A program made the position numbers and the translations under genes. The notes beneath the pieces were generated by a model, which was not told the DNA's origin, searched no databases, and worked only from the letters and a program-made list of their open reading frames with translations. A stretch of 60,155 bases of DNA, the filler included, from Piptocephalis cylindrospora (lineage: Eukaryota): NCBI GenBank assembly GCA_003614145.1. It is 7 parts of 7 records of this genome, joined end to end, with 100 filler letters (N's around TTAATTAATTAA, not from the genome) between each part and the next. Parts side by side here need not be neighbours in the genome. Positions count along the whole stretch, not along the records: positions 34,519 to 43,007 come from KZ988144.1; positions 43,108 to 51,589 come from KZ988145.1; 5 more parts are not named here. The stretch is one strand, 5' to 3'. This document shows, in pieces, positions 34,519 to 46,955 of the stretch (the first letter of the stretch is position 1; each line of letters begins with the position of its first letter).

Positions 34519-37486
34519 AGCCGTTTGAGTAGAAGGGTGAAGATGGGTTTCCAGTACTTGGACATCACCTCCCAGGGTACGGCGTCAGCCAAGGTCTCCA
34601 GAAGATCAAAGGCATAGTGATCGTTCATGCGGGAGGCAATGAGTTTCTGGAAGATGCCGAGGATGGCCTCAAATTGATTGTTGGACACGATTGCCGCATG
34701 ATCTACCCGAAGATACGCACGAATGATCATGGTCAAAGCTGGGATGTTGGCGTGAGATTCCCACGCCACAGGCTGAAGTAGGGAGGGGAAAATTCCCTGG
34801 TACATATCGGGCAAGGGAACTCCTGGCAATTTGACATGGACGTTGAGAGTGAGGGATAGGAGCTGAAGGACATAAGGAGTCAATTCTAGGCGATATTAGG
34901 GATAGGGATGAGTGAGTTGGGAGATGGAGAAGAGAGGGCCAAGAGTAGGAAAGATACCGCTCCTCTTCCTTACCAAGGACGCCTTGCACAAGAATGGCCT
35001 TGGACACATGCTCCAGAGCCGTTTCAAAAGCCGTGACCGTCTCAGGCTTCTCCTGACACACCAGGGTGATGACGGAACACATCGCCTCGAAGGTATAATG
35101 AGTGAATTTGGGGTTGGAGGGATTCTGAGCAATGATGGATAGGATCTGGACGAGGTTCGGGAGGAAAGTAGACTCGACGTACGGGCCAATCCCAGGGGCC
35201 CGAAGAGTTTGGATAATGCGAAGGATCAAGCGCATGGGATATTCATTCTCAGCAAGTTTCTGGGGCGGAGGAGCAGGACCAGTCGGGCCGTCAGGGAGAA
35301 GGAGACGGAAAGGATGGATGATGAGGGCCTCCACCATGGGCTGTAATTCCTTTTCGGTGGGCCGAAAGGTGGGTTCAAGCAGAAGTCTCTCGACTCCAAA
35401 GGCAGCATAAGTGTGGACGGCGGTGTTGAGGGAGGTGAGACGGGTCAGAAGGGCAGGGAGGGCAACAAGAAGCCGCTCCCGCCCCAATTGGCGACGATAG
35501 GCTAGGAGGTACCGGATGGCATCGACCTGCAGGAGATAGGGGATGGACTCACCCGGGGCACGCAAATCCCCGAGGACGTACTGATCATAAACATTCCCAA
35601 TGTCAAAGAGTTCACTGGTGGAGGAAACACCGTGGGAGACACCAGAAATGCCGGTGGAGGAGACGGCGGTGAGGAGGGCCAAGGCCGTGTCTTTTTGTCG
35701 CCAATTTTCAGTGGGATTGGCCTCGTAAAGCGTGAGGCATTGGGTCATAAAGGATGAGGCAATCTGGGTGATGTCAACGGGGAAAGCCTCCAAGAGACCG
35801 CGCACCATGTCGGCCGCTCCCTTCCTCCGAGAATCGCCATCAGCCCCCTCCACATCCTTTCGGACATACAGGAGGGGCTCATCCTCAAAGCCTTCCTCAT
35901 CCGATGGGCGAATCTCCAGATTGGGCAGGACAATCTTCTCCAGGAGCTGACGTTTCACCTCCGGGTCCTGGAAGAGAGCTTGCTGACTCCGAAGCTTGAT
36001 GACGACCGTGAGAAAGGCCATGGACTTTCCCACCAACTAGATGGAAGAAGAGGGAGGGTGAGATGGGTATGAGCAGGAAGCTACCGCCTCTCCCCTTATT
36101 TAGGTATGAATTAGCATATTCATACATACCCCGTCAAAGCGAGCATCCTTCCCGGTGGTGGAGAGAAGCTTCCAGATGCTGTCGATAAACTGAGTGACCA
36201 TGGGAAAATCCTCTCCGTACTTGATGGTATAGAGCTCGACAATACCACAGATGGCCGTACGGACCATTTCCATGGGCCCAGGATGATCTTCATCTGCATC
36301 AGCCTCAAGGACAGGGTTGGTATAGGTAAGATACTTGTGCCAGATTTGCATAAACTGGGCCATATTGTCCTCCATGAAAGGGGGCAAGTCCTTGGAGGAA
36401 AGGTCCTGAAAGATCATGGCCTGAAGCTCCATGGCGCGCATGAGGAGATTCAGGGCGCGAAGGTCTCCGGCACTGGCATCAATCAGCTCATCCGTCCTCT
36501 ACTCATGGGCAAATGGAGGAGAGCGTGTTATTCAAGGGACACTGTCCGTTATCGACTCCCTACATTGTACATACCACTAAGAGCCGAAGGAGAGGTTCAC
36601 AGAAATGCTCGAGTACCAGATTAATCTCAGTGTAAAGCTCGTTTGTCTCAAACTTTCCCTCCCAGCTGGATGTGTGAAGGGAGAGGAAGGTAAGAATGAT
36701 GAACTTTGAACACTTCAACTTTTCGGCAAGGGCTTACCGACTGAAGATATAGTGTGCTGTCTGGAGGATACCAACGTTGACATTAAAATCTGTCGAGGAA
36801 AATTTCGAGACCATGACCTAGATGAATCGCAAGGAAGTGATGAGTAGGTGATATGGAAATATCGTCTATCTCTCCGCTGCTCCTGGTAGACGTACGTTTA
36901 TGAGATCGGGCCAGCGGGCAGGAAAATCGGCCTGAGCAATGATGGCCAGACTTTCTCCAATCTGGGTTTGGAGGATGGGCTCGAGACTAACCATCATATC
37001 GACGATGTTAGAGCGAATAGCCTGACGATCCTCGGCATGTAGCTGATCCGTTTCACCCTCCACCTATTATTGTTATTGTTATTAAAAGTTGGGCGGATGG
37101 ATGAGTAGGGGAGGAGGGAAGAAGCATGTCATCAGAGTACCCCCCCTCCCAGCCTACCAGTGGCCATCGACGACGGATGAAGTTCTTGAAAAACACGGAT
37201 CCAGCCTGTCGAGTAGCCATGTCGGCCGTTCGATTTGTGATCAGCGTAAGTAAGAGAATGGGGAACTGAGCCTTGCCCTCAACGGCCTGGAGCGATCGTT
37301 CAGCTATGTTGTGATTACGGATTGATAACTTAGTACCGGTATTCCCTCCTCTCTGACCCAGATCACTCTTCCTTGGGCAGGATCAACCTTTCTCATAAAT
37401 GCCTTACCCTCTGCACGCGTGTTCGGCTGGAGAGTCTGTGTGAGATAGGCGGCGAGCGCGGCCTGGTTTTGCTCGTTGACTTCCAT
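34519..37486 (-). CDS. CSE1: exportin-2/Cse1 (importin-alpha export receptor), multi-exon, 3'-truncated
   Basis: ATG 37486 MEVNEQNQAALAAYLTQTL; IBN_N FFKNF..W; IAQADFPARWPDL; DLPPFMEDNM; FEDEPLLYVRKDVEG; VHTYAA; ENEYPMR; NPSNPKFTHYTFE; GIFQKLIASR. Confidence 0.95.
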
Positions 37487-38912
37487 GATCCTAGGTGTTT
37501 CGAAGGAGGGGAGGAGGAAGAATGAATGAGAGTAAGAAGGGGTAGAGAAGAGGATAAAAATATCCGTGAAATGCCGATTCCAAAGAAAAGGGAATGGAAC
37601 GGAAAGGAAGGAAGGAAAGGACAAGAAAGGGCAGGATGGGATATGTTGACCTGGTTTCCCCAGTCCGAAGCTTCTCGCTCTTTCCAACTTCCGCCCTTCA
37701 TTATGACCGTTTGCCTGTCCCCTGCTTAAATGGCCTGGGTTGCTTCTTGATGGGATTGTTAGAGTGGTGGATGAGGGAGGGACACACTCTCCTGTATGTG
37801 ACCACCTGGGAGAGGAGCGTGTCGTCTCCCCCAAGCGGAGTCTGGGTAAATGGGCACATTCCTGAAGCGAGTCGTGGGGCATTTGAGGGAGGTATATTCA
37901 GTTCACCCCCCCTAGCCTGACCACACTGACCTGACCACACTGGGGCAGTACAGTAGGGATTTCTGAACACTGGGGACCTAATAATACTAGATTTGGGGAT
38001 AGGGCCAATCTAAACGTGAATCAATCCCATCGTTCAGGTTTATGCTTTGCTGGATCTTGCATTGGAGAGAACAATAGTTCCCATAATGAGCCTAAGTGGT
38101 TGACGCTTTACAGAGGGGGCCATCGTAATTCACTCTTGGATCCTCCTCATCATCTCCCTTTCCTAGGGATGTTGAATTGTTCCTCGTTGCAGATCCCTAT
38201 TGCAGGAGGTGCCATTTACCTAGATACATATAATGATGTATGTCTATGTACTTTTAACGGCACTTTAGGATGAATTAAACACTTTCAAGAAAATGCTCAT
38301 ATTGTACACGGATGACCTTTATTTCGCAATTATCATCCATGGGTAAAGGTGAGGATGTACTTTCAACTCCTCTTTATTCATTTTATCCTACTCCATCGAC
38401 CTACCAATTATAATGGTGGAGAGGAATATGTTTACCGAATGCTTCATGAAACAACGTTTGCATATTCTCTTATCATGGTTGTGGGCTGGATCATAATACG
38501 GTAATACCCCGTCCCGGGAACCCCTGAGTTTTAAGCTTTCTCTTACTCTTAATGGCCCTTGCGTGCCCCATCAAGGAATACCTACGGCATTTACCCACTG
38601 CATACCCCATTGGGTACATATCTGTATCCCTCACATGCCCCAAATGATTGATAGCTAGGGGCTTACCATGGGATGCTCCCTTGTTTTGGATGGCGATCTT
38701 CACTAACCCCTGCTTGCTCATCTGGAGGCTCAAGGCCATGTAGATGAGCAAAAGGTAAGAGCCTCGGTAATAAAAACCACTGATCAATGAGAGAGAGAGA
38801 GAATAAATGCTCCTTACCAGATGAGCCTCTAAATCTTTTTTTCCTTTACCACTCCAGTCCTTTTTTAACTCATTCCTATATCTATAATACTATTCTTGTG
38901 CTCCCTACTGGT

Positions 38913-40169
38913 ATGGACTCCTCTTCCCTTTATTACCATCCCTGTTTATGGACAGGGAGCATTCGGCATTGCAGGGATACATCCTTCTTTTCTCTTCTAA
39001 ATATCATCTCCCTTATCCTTTCCATCCTACTTCTCCCTATGGGTATCCTCCTTATGCGATTATCTGGGATTGGCTGGAAGCAGCTGGGAAAGCCCAGAGC
39101 TTGGAGCGCATCGGTGTCCTTCCATGCTGCCAGCATCATTGCTGGGGCCTTCTTCAGTCTCAATGCCCTCCTCCTCATCCTAGACCCAGAGTGGCCCATG
39201 TGGCTGAGATACTTGGTCGCCGATTTACCCTTTGTCACCATTGTTCTCGGCATGCTTCCATACCTTCATTCCTTGGCCTCTCCCCTACGCCTTCCTCTCC
39301 CAGGATACCGGGATCCATTTCCTACATGCGCACCTCTTCATCTCATTCTTTGGACCATTCCACCATTAATTGGAGTGCATCTTGGATGCATGATGGTACG
39401 GGGGGTGATGGCGGATATGGGGGATGCCGCATCCCGAGACCTATGGAATGGTCTTGCCCATTTCATCATCGGCTTCATCTGCCTTATCATCTCCTGCACC
39501 TGCGGGATCTATGGGATCCAATTTGCTTCTTCCCTTCGGTTAAGCATCCTCATTGTGGAGGATGGTCTTGAGAAGGTGAGGTCCTCGATGTGCCCTTCAG
39601 GCCAATCCTCCTCTGTTGGCATGACCGACCCCATAGGCCTGTCCCATCCTCCGGATTTATCCCATTCCACGGGGATAGATCCAGGAATGAAGCTTCATGG
39701 GATTATCTCAAGTACTTTTAGAGCCTTTTTGAATATCGTCCACCACCTCGCTTCTCCGTTACCCGCTATCTCCACGGCATCTCGTACTCTGACCACCATT
39801 GAAGCCAGAGCTGTACTCCGAAAGGTCACGTACCTCAACATCATTCTCATGGTATGTAACTTTACGGCCGGGATCATGTGTATCACCATGGCTGCCCTTC
39901 CCTCCATGCTCTTTGAGATCATCCCACTCTCCAAGGCCTTTTTCTTCTTCTTGTTGGTAAGCATGCCGCTGAAGCTTCAAGTGGTCCTCCTGTGTAACCT
40001 GTACGCCGAGTGGATCAGGAGGCGGAGTCAACGGGTCCTCAGGGCCGAAGAGCCCTCGTTGACTACTCAGGCCCAGGAGATTCAGCAATCCCTTGTGATC
40101 AGTGTCCAGAGTATAGATTTCCTGGAGGGAGCCGGCGCCACAGGTTCTCATAATGCAACTATATCCTGA
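38913..40169 (+). CDS. orphan 7-TM (GPCR-like topology) membrane protein, paralogue A, single exon
   Basis: About seven hydrophobic helices with a long loop between TM5 and TM6; end-to-end motif similarity to 58006-59244; ATG 38913 chosen by alignment with the paralogue. Confidence 0.8.
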   Translation: MDSSSLYYHPCLWTGSIRHCRDTSFFSLLNIISLILSILLLPMGILLMRLSGIGWKQLGKPRAWSASVSFHAASIIAGAFFSLNALLLILDPEWPMWLRYLVADLPFVTIVLGMLPYLHSLASPLRLPLPGYRDPFPTCAPLHLILWTIPPLIGVHLGCMMVRGVMADMGDAASRDLWNGLAHFIIGFICLIISCTCGIYGIQFASSLRLSILIVEDGLEKVRSSMCPSGQSSSVGMTDPIGLSHPPDLSHSTGIDPGMKLHGIISSTFRAFLNIVHHLASPLPAISTASRTLTTIEARAVLRKVTYLNIILMVCNFTAGIMCITMAALPSMLFEIIPLSKAFFFFLLVSMPLKLQVVLLCNLYAEWIRRRSQRVLRAEEPSLTTQAQEIQQSLVISVQSIDFLEGAGATGSHNATIS

Positions 40170-40764
40170 GGATCGAGGATGGGAGGCTCCAGTGGAGAAT
40201 ATTGTACTTTATTATTATTCATCTCTTGGGTCCTTGATCCGGGTAGTCAGGGGGATGATGTAGGGAATAGACAGAAAATCCATATATTTTTGAGGCCTCC
40301 ATACTGGGTTAACTACTGCAGGTATGATGTAGTGGATCCTTCAAATCTTTCTCCTGATGATGGGAAGTATCCGTGATAATTCATTAACCAGCCAGCCAAG
40401 CTACTTATTCAAAGAATATGAATAGACATCGGCGAATGCCTTTACTTGGCCTCCTCTGGTAGTAGGCTGGGATTCGTGAAAAGTGTCTATGTGATAAATG
40501 TCACTCTCACTTTTTCGATGCACACACACTGATCTGTACATGCTACAGAGTCAGGGATATCATCTCCCCACACAATGAGAGCCATAGGCGTCCCCCTCTT
40601 TGAGTTTAGAGACTATGGTGAGGAGGAAAAAGAATGAAAAAGAACATAAACATCCCTTTTTCCGGAGATGCTTTGAGGATCTTCTTTAGTTGACTTGCCC
40701 CGCGCGAGATTCTTCCGGCCTTTTCCTCTACACCCTTCCTACTCCCCATTTTTCTTTGCTCAAC

Positions 40765-41226
40765 ATGCCCCGAATCTACAACTTGTGCTCACACATCCAG
40801 AACAGTTTTCGGTGGAGACTCAAGTCTGTATGTGTCCCAGAGAACAAGTCAAACTTGGCCATCCTGCGGGTACTGTACAATGAGGGATTCCTCGCGTCCA
40901 TCTCCCGTGGCTCCCATTTGGGCCCGGACACGACCCCTACTCCCACCATCCCAGCCAATATTGCCACCCGAAGGTATTGGATTGAGCTCAAGTATGCGCA
41001 GAACGAACCGGTCCTGAAAAAGATGAGCGTAGTGAGCAAACCGACTATCCGACACCATATGACCGTGCACCAACTGACGCGCATTGTCAGTGGAGCCAAG
41101 GTGGGCATTGTGAAACCCCTTCAACCTGGGGAGATCATGATTGTTAGTACGAATGAGGGGGTCATGGAGGCCAAGGAGGCTTTGCGGAGGCGAGTAGGCG
41201 GGGAACTGCTGTGTCGGGTGTATTGA
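40765..41226 (+). CDS. MRPS8: mitochondrial ribosomal protein uS8m
   Basis: NLCSHIQN, LYNEGFLASI, NIATRRYWIELKY, VSKP and STNEGVMEAKEALRRRVGGELLCRV (uS8 C-terminal signature). Confidence 0.93.
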   Translation: MPRIYNLCSHIQNSFRWRLKSVCVPENKSNLAILRVLYNEGFLASISRGSHLGPDTTPTPTIPANIATRRYWIELKYAQNEPVLKKMSVVSKPTIRHHMTVHQLTRIVSGAKVGIVKPLQPGEIMIVSTNEGVMEAKEALRRRVGGELLCRVY

Positions 41227-41897
41227 CCCCCTCTCTCTCTCCCATTGAGATGATGGCATGTGATGAGAGGATAAAAGTACATTGGATAGATATCAAGAGA
41301 AGGCTGATCAATGATGTGTCCTCATCGTTTTTGGAATGAGGGAAGAGGTGTGAGGATATTCACAGAAGCATCGATTGATCATCTTGAGATACATCCACTA
41401 TTCTATCATTTCGTGCCTTGACCCTTTAATGAAGGGCGGGGCCCTTTAGCTTGTCCCAGGATCATTCATGCTTAGGCATAGATCATAGACCAAGGGAAGG
41501 TATGGGTTGGGTTGGGGTAATCCTGAGGGAAAGGAAGTTCATCACACGATTTTAAACCATTTCCCTCTTTTGAACAAGAAATGCTCACGTTCCTCTCACC
41601 ACACCACCTGCACAATCAATCCATGCTAGCCACCAGCCGCCCTGGCCCAACAAGCCCTGAAGGGTATCCCTTGGTTCAGTGCAGTAGTATTATCTGAGCC
41701 CCGCCATCCAGAGCGAGGTCGTTAGCCACCTCTCCATGCCTTTCCCGCCCCGTTTAACCTTGTTGACATTTCTAGTATGGAGCCAGTAAGGCGTCTCTTC
41801 CTGCTTCTGCCCCTGCCCCTTTTCTACATCCCCAATCTGTGTTCTTTTCCTTTTAAATCATCCTCTCCTTCCTAAGCACATCCCCTCCAGCTCCATT

Positions 41898-43007
41898 ATG
41901 GCTGACAAGAACAGCTCGAGGAATTGGCGTCTTGTGCGCTTACGTGACTCCAAGGGGGAAAAGGGAAAGAAAGTGTACAGCTATGACGGATATCTGGACG
42001 GGGAACCACACCGGGTACGTTGTGACGTGTATCCTGAGGATGGAGCCATCCTCATTCATCTGGCCCAAGGAACATAAAACACTCATCCTTTCCATGCTCC
42101 CTCACTAGGCGCCCTTGCCTCCACGAATCCCAGACACCTTTGGTTCTCGTCCCTACCCCACACCCACCATGCTTCAGCTCCCCCACTGGAAGGTACGTGT
42201 CTGTCCTCGTAGGACCCTTTGCCCCATGTTTCCGGTAACGAGCACTCGTACTCACTCGCCGTTCCCCTTGACAGGACGACTCGCACTCCTACCTTCCCAG
42301 GAAGCTTCTCATCTCAGGACTTTCCCCCTTCACCACGGAGGACCACGTTCACACTCATTTTTCCAGGCACGGGGATATTCGCCGGGTTCATCTCTACCAA
42401 GATGCTCGATCCGGCAGTAGTATGGGCATGGCCACCTTGACTTTTGATGGTAAGGTCGGAGGTGCCCGATGGAGGGAGTGTCCAGCCATCCGGGCATGTG
42501 AGCGTGAAAATGGCCATTTGCTCCTAGGATCCAAGATGACCGTCATGGTCGATGGGAATGGGTCCAAGGGACGTCAGGCTACGCAAAAGCGTACCGAGGA
42601 AACCCAAAAGCTGGAGGAGGCCTATCGAAACGATCGATGGAAGTCTACGGTTCCCGAAACGGGGGACAGACCCGCTTCTCTTTCTGCGTAAGTACCCTTG
42701 GAGGAGGAAATAGGAGGCCAGCAGACTTGACTCATCCCTCATTGGTCTTTATTTAGGAGTGCGCGTGAGGATGAAAATGGTTCAAAGGAGAAGGACAATG
42801 GACAGGAATGGCCATCGCCCTCCAAGGTCTCTGGAAAGAACTTGACCTCTACCTACCAATCCTATAGGCCAACAGTCAAGGAATCATCGGGAGAAGGAGA
42901 GGTTACGCAGGATCCTGAGACTTCCTTCATCGAGAAGTCGCCTTCCATGAAAGGAACTTCCCCTAGAAATCATGATGATACTAAAGCCGAAGAAATGATC
43001 TTTCCCC
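41898..43007 (+). CDS. SET1: Set1 histone H3K4 methyltransferase, N-terminal part (RRM), multi-exon, truncated by contig end
   Basis: Spliced N-terminus RNWRLV..GKKVYSYDG, then RRM LLISGLSPFTTEDHVHTHFSRHGDI..DARSGSSMGMATLTF..ENG..LGSKMTVMVDGNG, typical of fungal Set1 RRM1. The SET domain is not in the window. Confidence 0.7.
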
Positions 43008-43107
43008 NNNNNNNNNNNNNNNNNNNNNNNNNNNNNNNNNNNNNNNNNNNNTTAATTAATTAANNNNNNNNNNNNNNNNNNNNNNNNNNNNNNNNNNNNN
43101 NNNNNNN
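43008..43107. other. artificial contig-joining spacer
   Basis: N44-TTAATTAATTAA-N44. Confidence 0.98.
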
Positions 43108-43453
43108 TCCTGAAGGGACGCTCCTCCATCCGGAGGTACATACACAGAGAAGACTCTCAATGCATCTCCCTCAGGGGGTTGACCCAGAAGGGTCTGACAG
43201 TCAGCTGGACGGATGCGATCAAATTAGTGTCCACCCACACTATCAGCCTTCTTTCAGATATTCTCAGCCTCCATCCGTATCCCCGACCTTCCATCAAATT
43301 CTATAGGTCTAGCGTTCACAAAAAAAAAGTGTATATTTCCCGATATTCATATCCATGTCGTGCTGTAAAAAGGAAGAGATTCGCTCTACATGCTCCTTCA
43401 AGCCCATTTCTCTCCTCCCCCCATCTCCTCTCTCTCACACCCTCAGCCCCGCC

Positions 43454-44629
43454 ATGAACACCGAAGAAAAGGTCAGCCTGATTACCCGTAACCTCCAGGA
43501 GGTCCTTGGGGAGCAAGAGCTACGCAAAATCGTGGCTGAGAGGCCCCTTCGCCTATACTGGGGAACCGCCACGACGGGTCGGCCTCACGTCGGGTACTTT
43601 GTTCCACTTGTCAAGATCGCCGACTTTCTCAAGGCCGGGTGCGAGGTCACCATCCTCTTTGCCGACATTCATGCCTTCCTCGACAACCTCAAAGCCCCGA
43701 TCGACCAGGTGCATCAGAGGTGTGAGTACTACCAGGCCCTCATCAAAGCCACCCTCACTTCCATGGGCGTCTCACTTGATGGGCTCAAATTTGTCATTGG
43801 ATCCTCCTACCAGCTGAGCGCTCCCTACACCATGGACGTTTATAAGCTATGTGCCTCAGTTACCGAGCATGACGCGAAAAAAGCTGGCGCTGAGGTGGTC
43901 AAGCAGGTCGACAATGCCCTCCTCTCTGGGCTCATCTACCCTGGGCTCCAGGCCCTGGATGAGCATTACCTGGGTGTCGATGCCCAGTTTGGCGGGGTGG
44001 ATCAGCGCAAAATCTTCACTTTTGCCGAAAAGTACCTTCCGCAATTAGGGTATACTAAGCGCTCCCACCTCATGAACCCCATGGTCCCAGGTCTCACCGG
44101 GCCCAAGATGAGCTCAAGCGACCCTGACAGCAAGATCGACCTTCTGGATGACACCAAGTCTCTTGAAAGGAAGATCAAGAAGGCCTTTTGCGAGGAGGGT
44201 AATATCTCCGAAAATGGTCTCCTGTCCTTTGCCAAGGCTGTCCTTTTCCCCGTCCTCGACCTCAAGCACGGCCTGGGTGCTCCCGAGACCACCTTTACCA
44301 TTCACCGTCCCGAAAAGTACGGCGGTAACTCTGTGTACCCGGATTACCAAGCCCTGGAGACTGCTTTCGCCGCCAAGGAGGTTCATCCCGGTGATCTGAA
44401 AAAGAGCATGACTTTGGCCCTGGATTCCCTGCTTGCCCCGATCCGCAAGGCCTTTGACAATGACGAGATGCACGCCCTCATTGATCGGGCCTACCCCAAG
44501 CCTGTGGTGGTCAAGAAGGTCAAGGAGAAGAAGAAGCACAACCGTCGTCCCGACCAGCAGGCCCCTCCCAAACCCGATGAGGTTCCCAGCAAGCTGGAGG
44601 CGGCCTCGGAGGGCAAGGCCACCGAATAA
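43454..44629 (+). CDS. TYS1: cytosolic tyrosyl-tRNA synthetase, single exon
   Basis: [14 protein letters not shown] (HIGH), [40 protein letters not shown] and HPGDLK. Confidence 0.97.
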   Translation: MNTEEKVSLITRNLQEVLGEQELRKIVAERPLRLYWGTATTGRPHVGYFVPLVKIADFLKAGCEVTILFADIHAFLDNLKAPIDQVHQRCEYYQALIKATLTSMGVSLDGLKFVIGSSYQLSAPYTMDVYKLCASVTEHDAKKAGAEVVKQVDNALLSGLIYPGLQALDEHYLGVDAQFGGVDQRKIFTFAEKYLPQLGYTKRSHLMNPMVPGLTGPKMSSSDPDSKIDLLDDTKSLERKIKKAFCEEGNISENGLLSFAKAVLFPVLDLKHGLGAPETTFTIHRPEKYGGNSVYPDYQALETAFAAKEVHPGDLKKSMTLALDSLLAPIRKAFDNDEMHALIDRAYPKPVVVKKVKEKKKHNRRPDQQAPPKPDEVPSKLEAASEGKATE

Positions 44630-44936
44630 GTAGATATGTGGGTTCATACCCACCCTTTTTCTAAATCATCCTTTTTAAAACCAGCCTCACTCTACCGTTA
44701 TTTGGATGCGGAAATTGTCGAAGATATATGAGGGAAAGAGGGGTAAAGACAGGTTTCATTGATAATGATGGGTCATGGTAAGATCACCTACTGATCCTCA
44801 ACAGTATTCATCAACTCTATCCCTGTTGGCTTCCTATTATATCCCAAGGGTAAAAATATGCACACAAAAAGGTCCCATCCCTATGGGAGATGACATAGAA
44901 CAGCAATAAGGAGGAGTAAGGCAGGCATCGCCACTA

Positions 44937-46955
44937 TCACCAGGGGGGATGCAACAGAGCACTCTCCTCATCGTACACATCAACCGGAGGGGAGGAGGCA
45001 CGGGCCCTCGGGTTACCAGAGCTTCTCTTGCTTCGGGCCTTTCCCTTTCCCTTTCTTTTTCCCTTGGATCCAGGGGGTTCCCCTGTCGCGGTAGATTCAT
45101 CTAGGTTTGAAGGGTGGTTCATGCCTTTGGGCATCTCATCAACAATAGGACAGTTGTAATCTCCATAGATGAGGCATCGAGCCTCCGCATACACATCCTC
45201 CAGATTGGGGTCTAAGGCGAAGCGAAGAGCAATGCTCGGTCTTCCACCCTCTCCATCCAAGGAGGCCCGGGGGATGGAGGGGCCATTAGCACTGGTTCTT
45301 CTCAGGGACTCTAGCTCATCTTCATCATCCTCCTCATCATCAGGCCCAATGTTCCACCCATACTCTCGAGCCCGTTTTCTTTCCTCCCTAGCCAAATCCC
45401 GGGCTCTTTCCTCTTCCCGCCGGTCTTGCTCCAAGACCCAGTATTTCTTCTTTCCCCCCTCCACATACCGAAGACCGCTAGCGATGCGACGTCTCGCCGT
45501 CCCAGCCACACCTTCGGCTGGCTCAAATGTCCGGTAATCGAACCCTTCCCCAGTAAACGTATCCACCGTATCCCTCCAAACATCCATAATCCCCATGGAA
45601 TCCCTGGCCGCTCTAAAGATGGGAAGCCGACCTGAGGGTTTCCCCGGCCTTGGCCGATAATCCGATGCGGGAAAGGCTGTTAGATGTCCGATGGCTGCAG
45701 GGAAGACCTCTAGACACAGGAGAAAATCCTGAGCTGCTGTGGCAATGTGATCGGCAAGGAATATTTCGGCTACAAGGAGATGTTGGAGAGAGAGTGTGTG
45801 TAAGTACGGTTTGATGAGATGAGATGCGAAATGGTACAAAGATAAGAGACTCACTGTTATGAATGATGCCAAGCTTGACAAAGATCGAGATGACCACTCC
45901 CTGCCAAAAGGAAAAAAAAATAACGGCCTTGATACACAAGAACTTGGGAACAGCGCTATTAAGGGGAGTGGAAAGGGAATAAAAATTAGATTCCAGAAGA
46001 TGAATCCTCGTTCATGGATCTCCAAAAATGATTGGATCTTTTCATCAAAATATTTACCGAAAAGGCCTGAGATCCTCTTTAGTTGCAATGAAAAACATGG
46101 AAAGACACCAGAGACAGGCGCTATAACTAATGTTATAAATGATGGCGAGGATGGCATGACCCTGATCCACATTGAACCCGTCATAATGGTCGCCCACCCA
46201 AGTGATGAGCATGGTGGAGATGGCGCATAGAGGTTTGATGTAGATAAAGTGAAGGACACCGCGCTTTAGCTTGAGAAAAGTGTATGGATCGCCAGGCTAG
46301 AGGGAAAGAGGGAGGGAGGAGGGTTAAGTGAAAGAATTAACGACCAGGATGGCTAGGATAATGATGCACCTACATCCATGTACCGTTGCCACATGGAGAC
46401 AGGAAAGACATAGGGAACGGGAGGACGCTTATGCATGGAGATAAGCATTTCCCTTTCCCCCCCAAGGTAGGTGATGAGAAGGTTGAAGAAGCAGTAGATG
46501 ACAAATGCCTCATAGATTTCCCTTAAAGCTCCCAGGATCAAAGCTGCTTGGGGAAGGGCCAGGCTAACCCAGGAGGAAAAGGCAAATACCGGGATCCTAG
46601 AGAGGAGGAGGGGTTCAGTACTGCAAAGGAAAATAATTCGTGTCCCCTATTCCCAATAACTGACATAAAGATGATACGAACGGTTAAACGTTGGGCATGC
46701 TATACTTGCAAAAGGAGAGGAAAGGTATTGATGGGTGAGTACGTAGAGTAATTATTGCCCTTTCCCACCACAGTTCAATCCCTCCTTTCTCTCTCTCTCT
46801 CTTTCTCTCCGACGTACAGGTCGACGATAGTTTTTGAGGTGCAAGAGGATATTGATGAAGGAAAGAAGGCAGGCCAGACTAGTCGCAACGCCCGCCGGGA
46901 TGAGCCAGACTTTACTCAAGGGCGACGGCCCAAGAAGTTCGGCTCCTAGGGTCAT
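44937..46955 (-). CDS. HFL1: TMEM184/OSTalpha-family vacuolar membrane protein (Hfl1-like), multi-exon
   Basis: HLKNYRRP, QR.TVRIIFMIPVFA, REIYEAFVIYCFFNLL..YLGGE, LKRGVL, KFLCIKAVIFFSFWQG, QDFLLCLE; cytosolic tail with YGDYNCP. Confidence 0.9.

Noticed and set aside
43135..43200. U6 snRNA (ACAGAGAAGA box)
   Set aside because: Only the 10-nt box matches; the following UUAGCAUGGCCCCUG/ISL and 3' U-tract are absent.
44937..46259. 440-aa single ORF as one protein
   Set aside because: Its 5' half reads through introns and out-of-frame exons; only the 3' part is the last exon of the TMEM184/Hfl1 gene.
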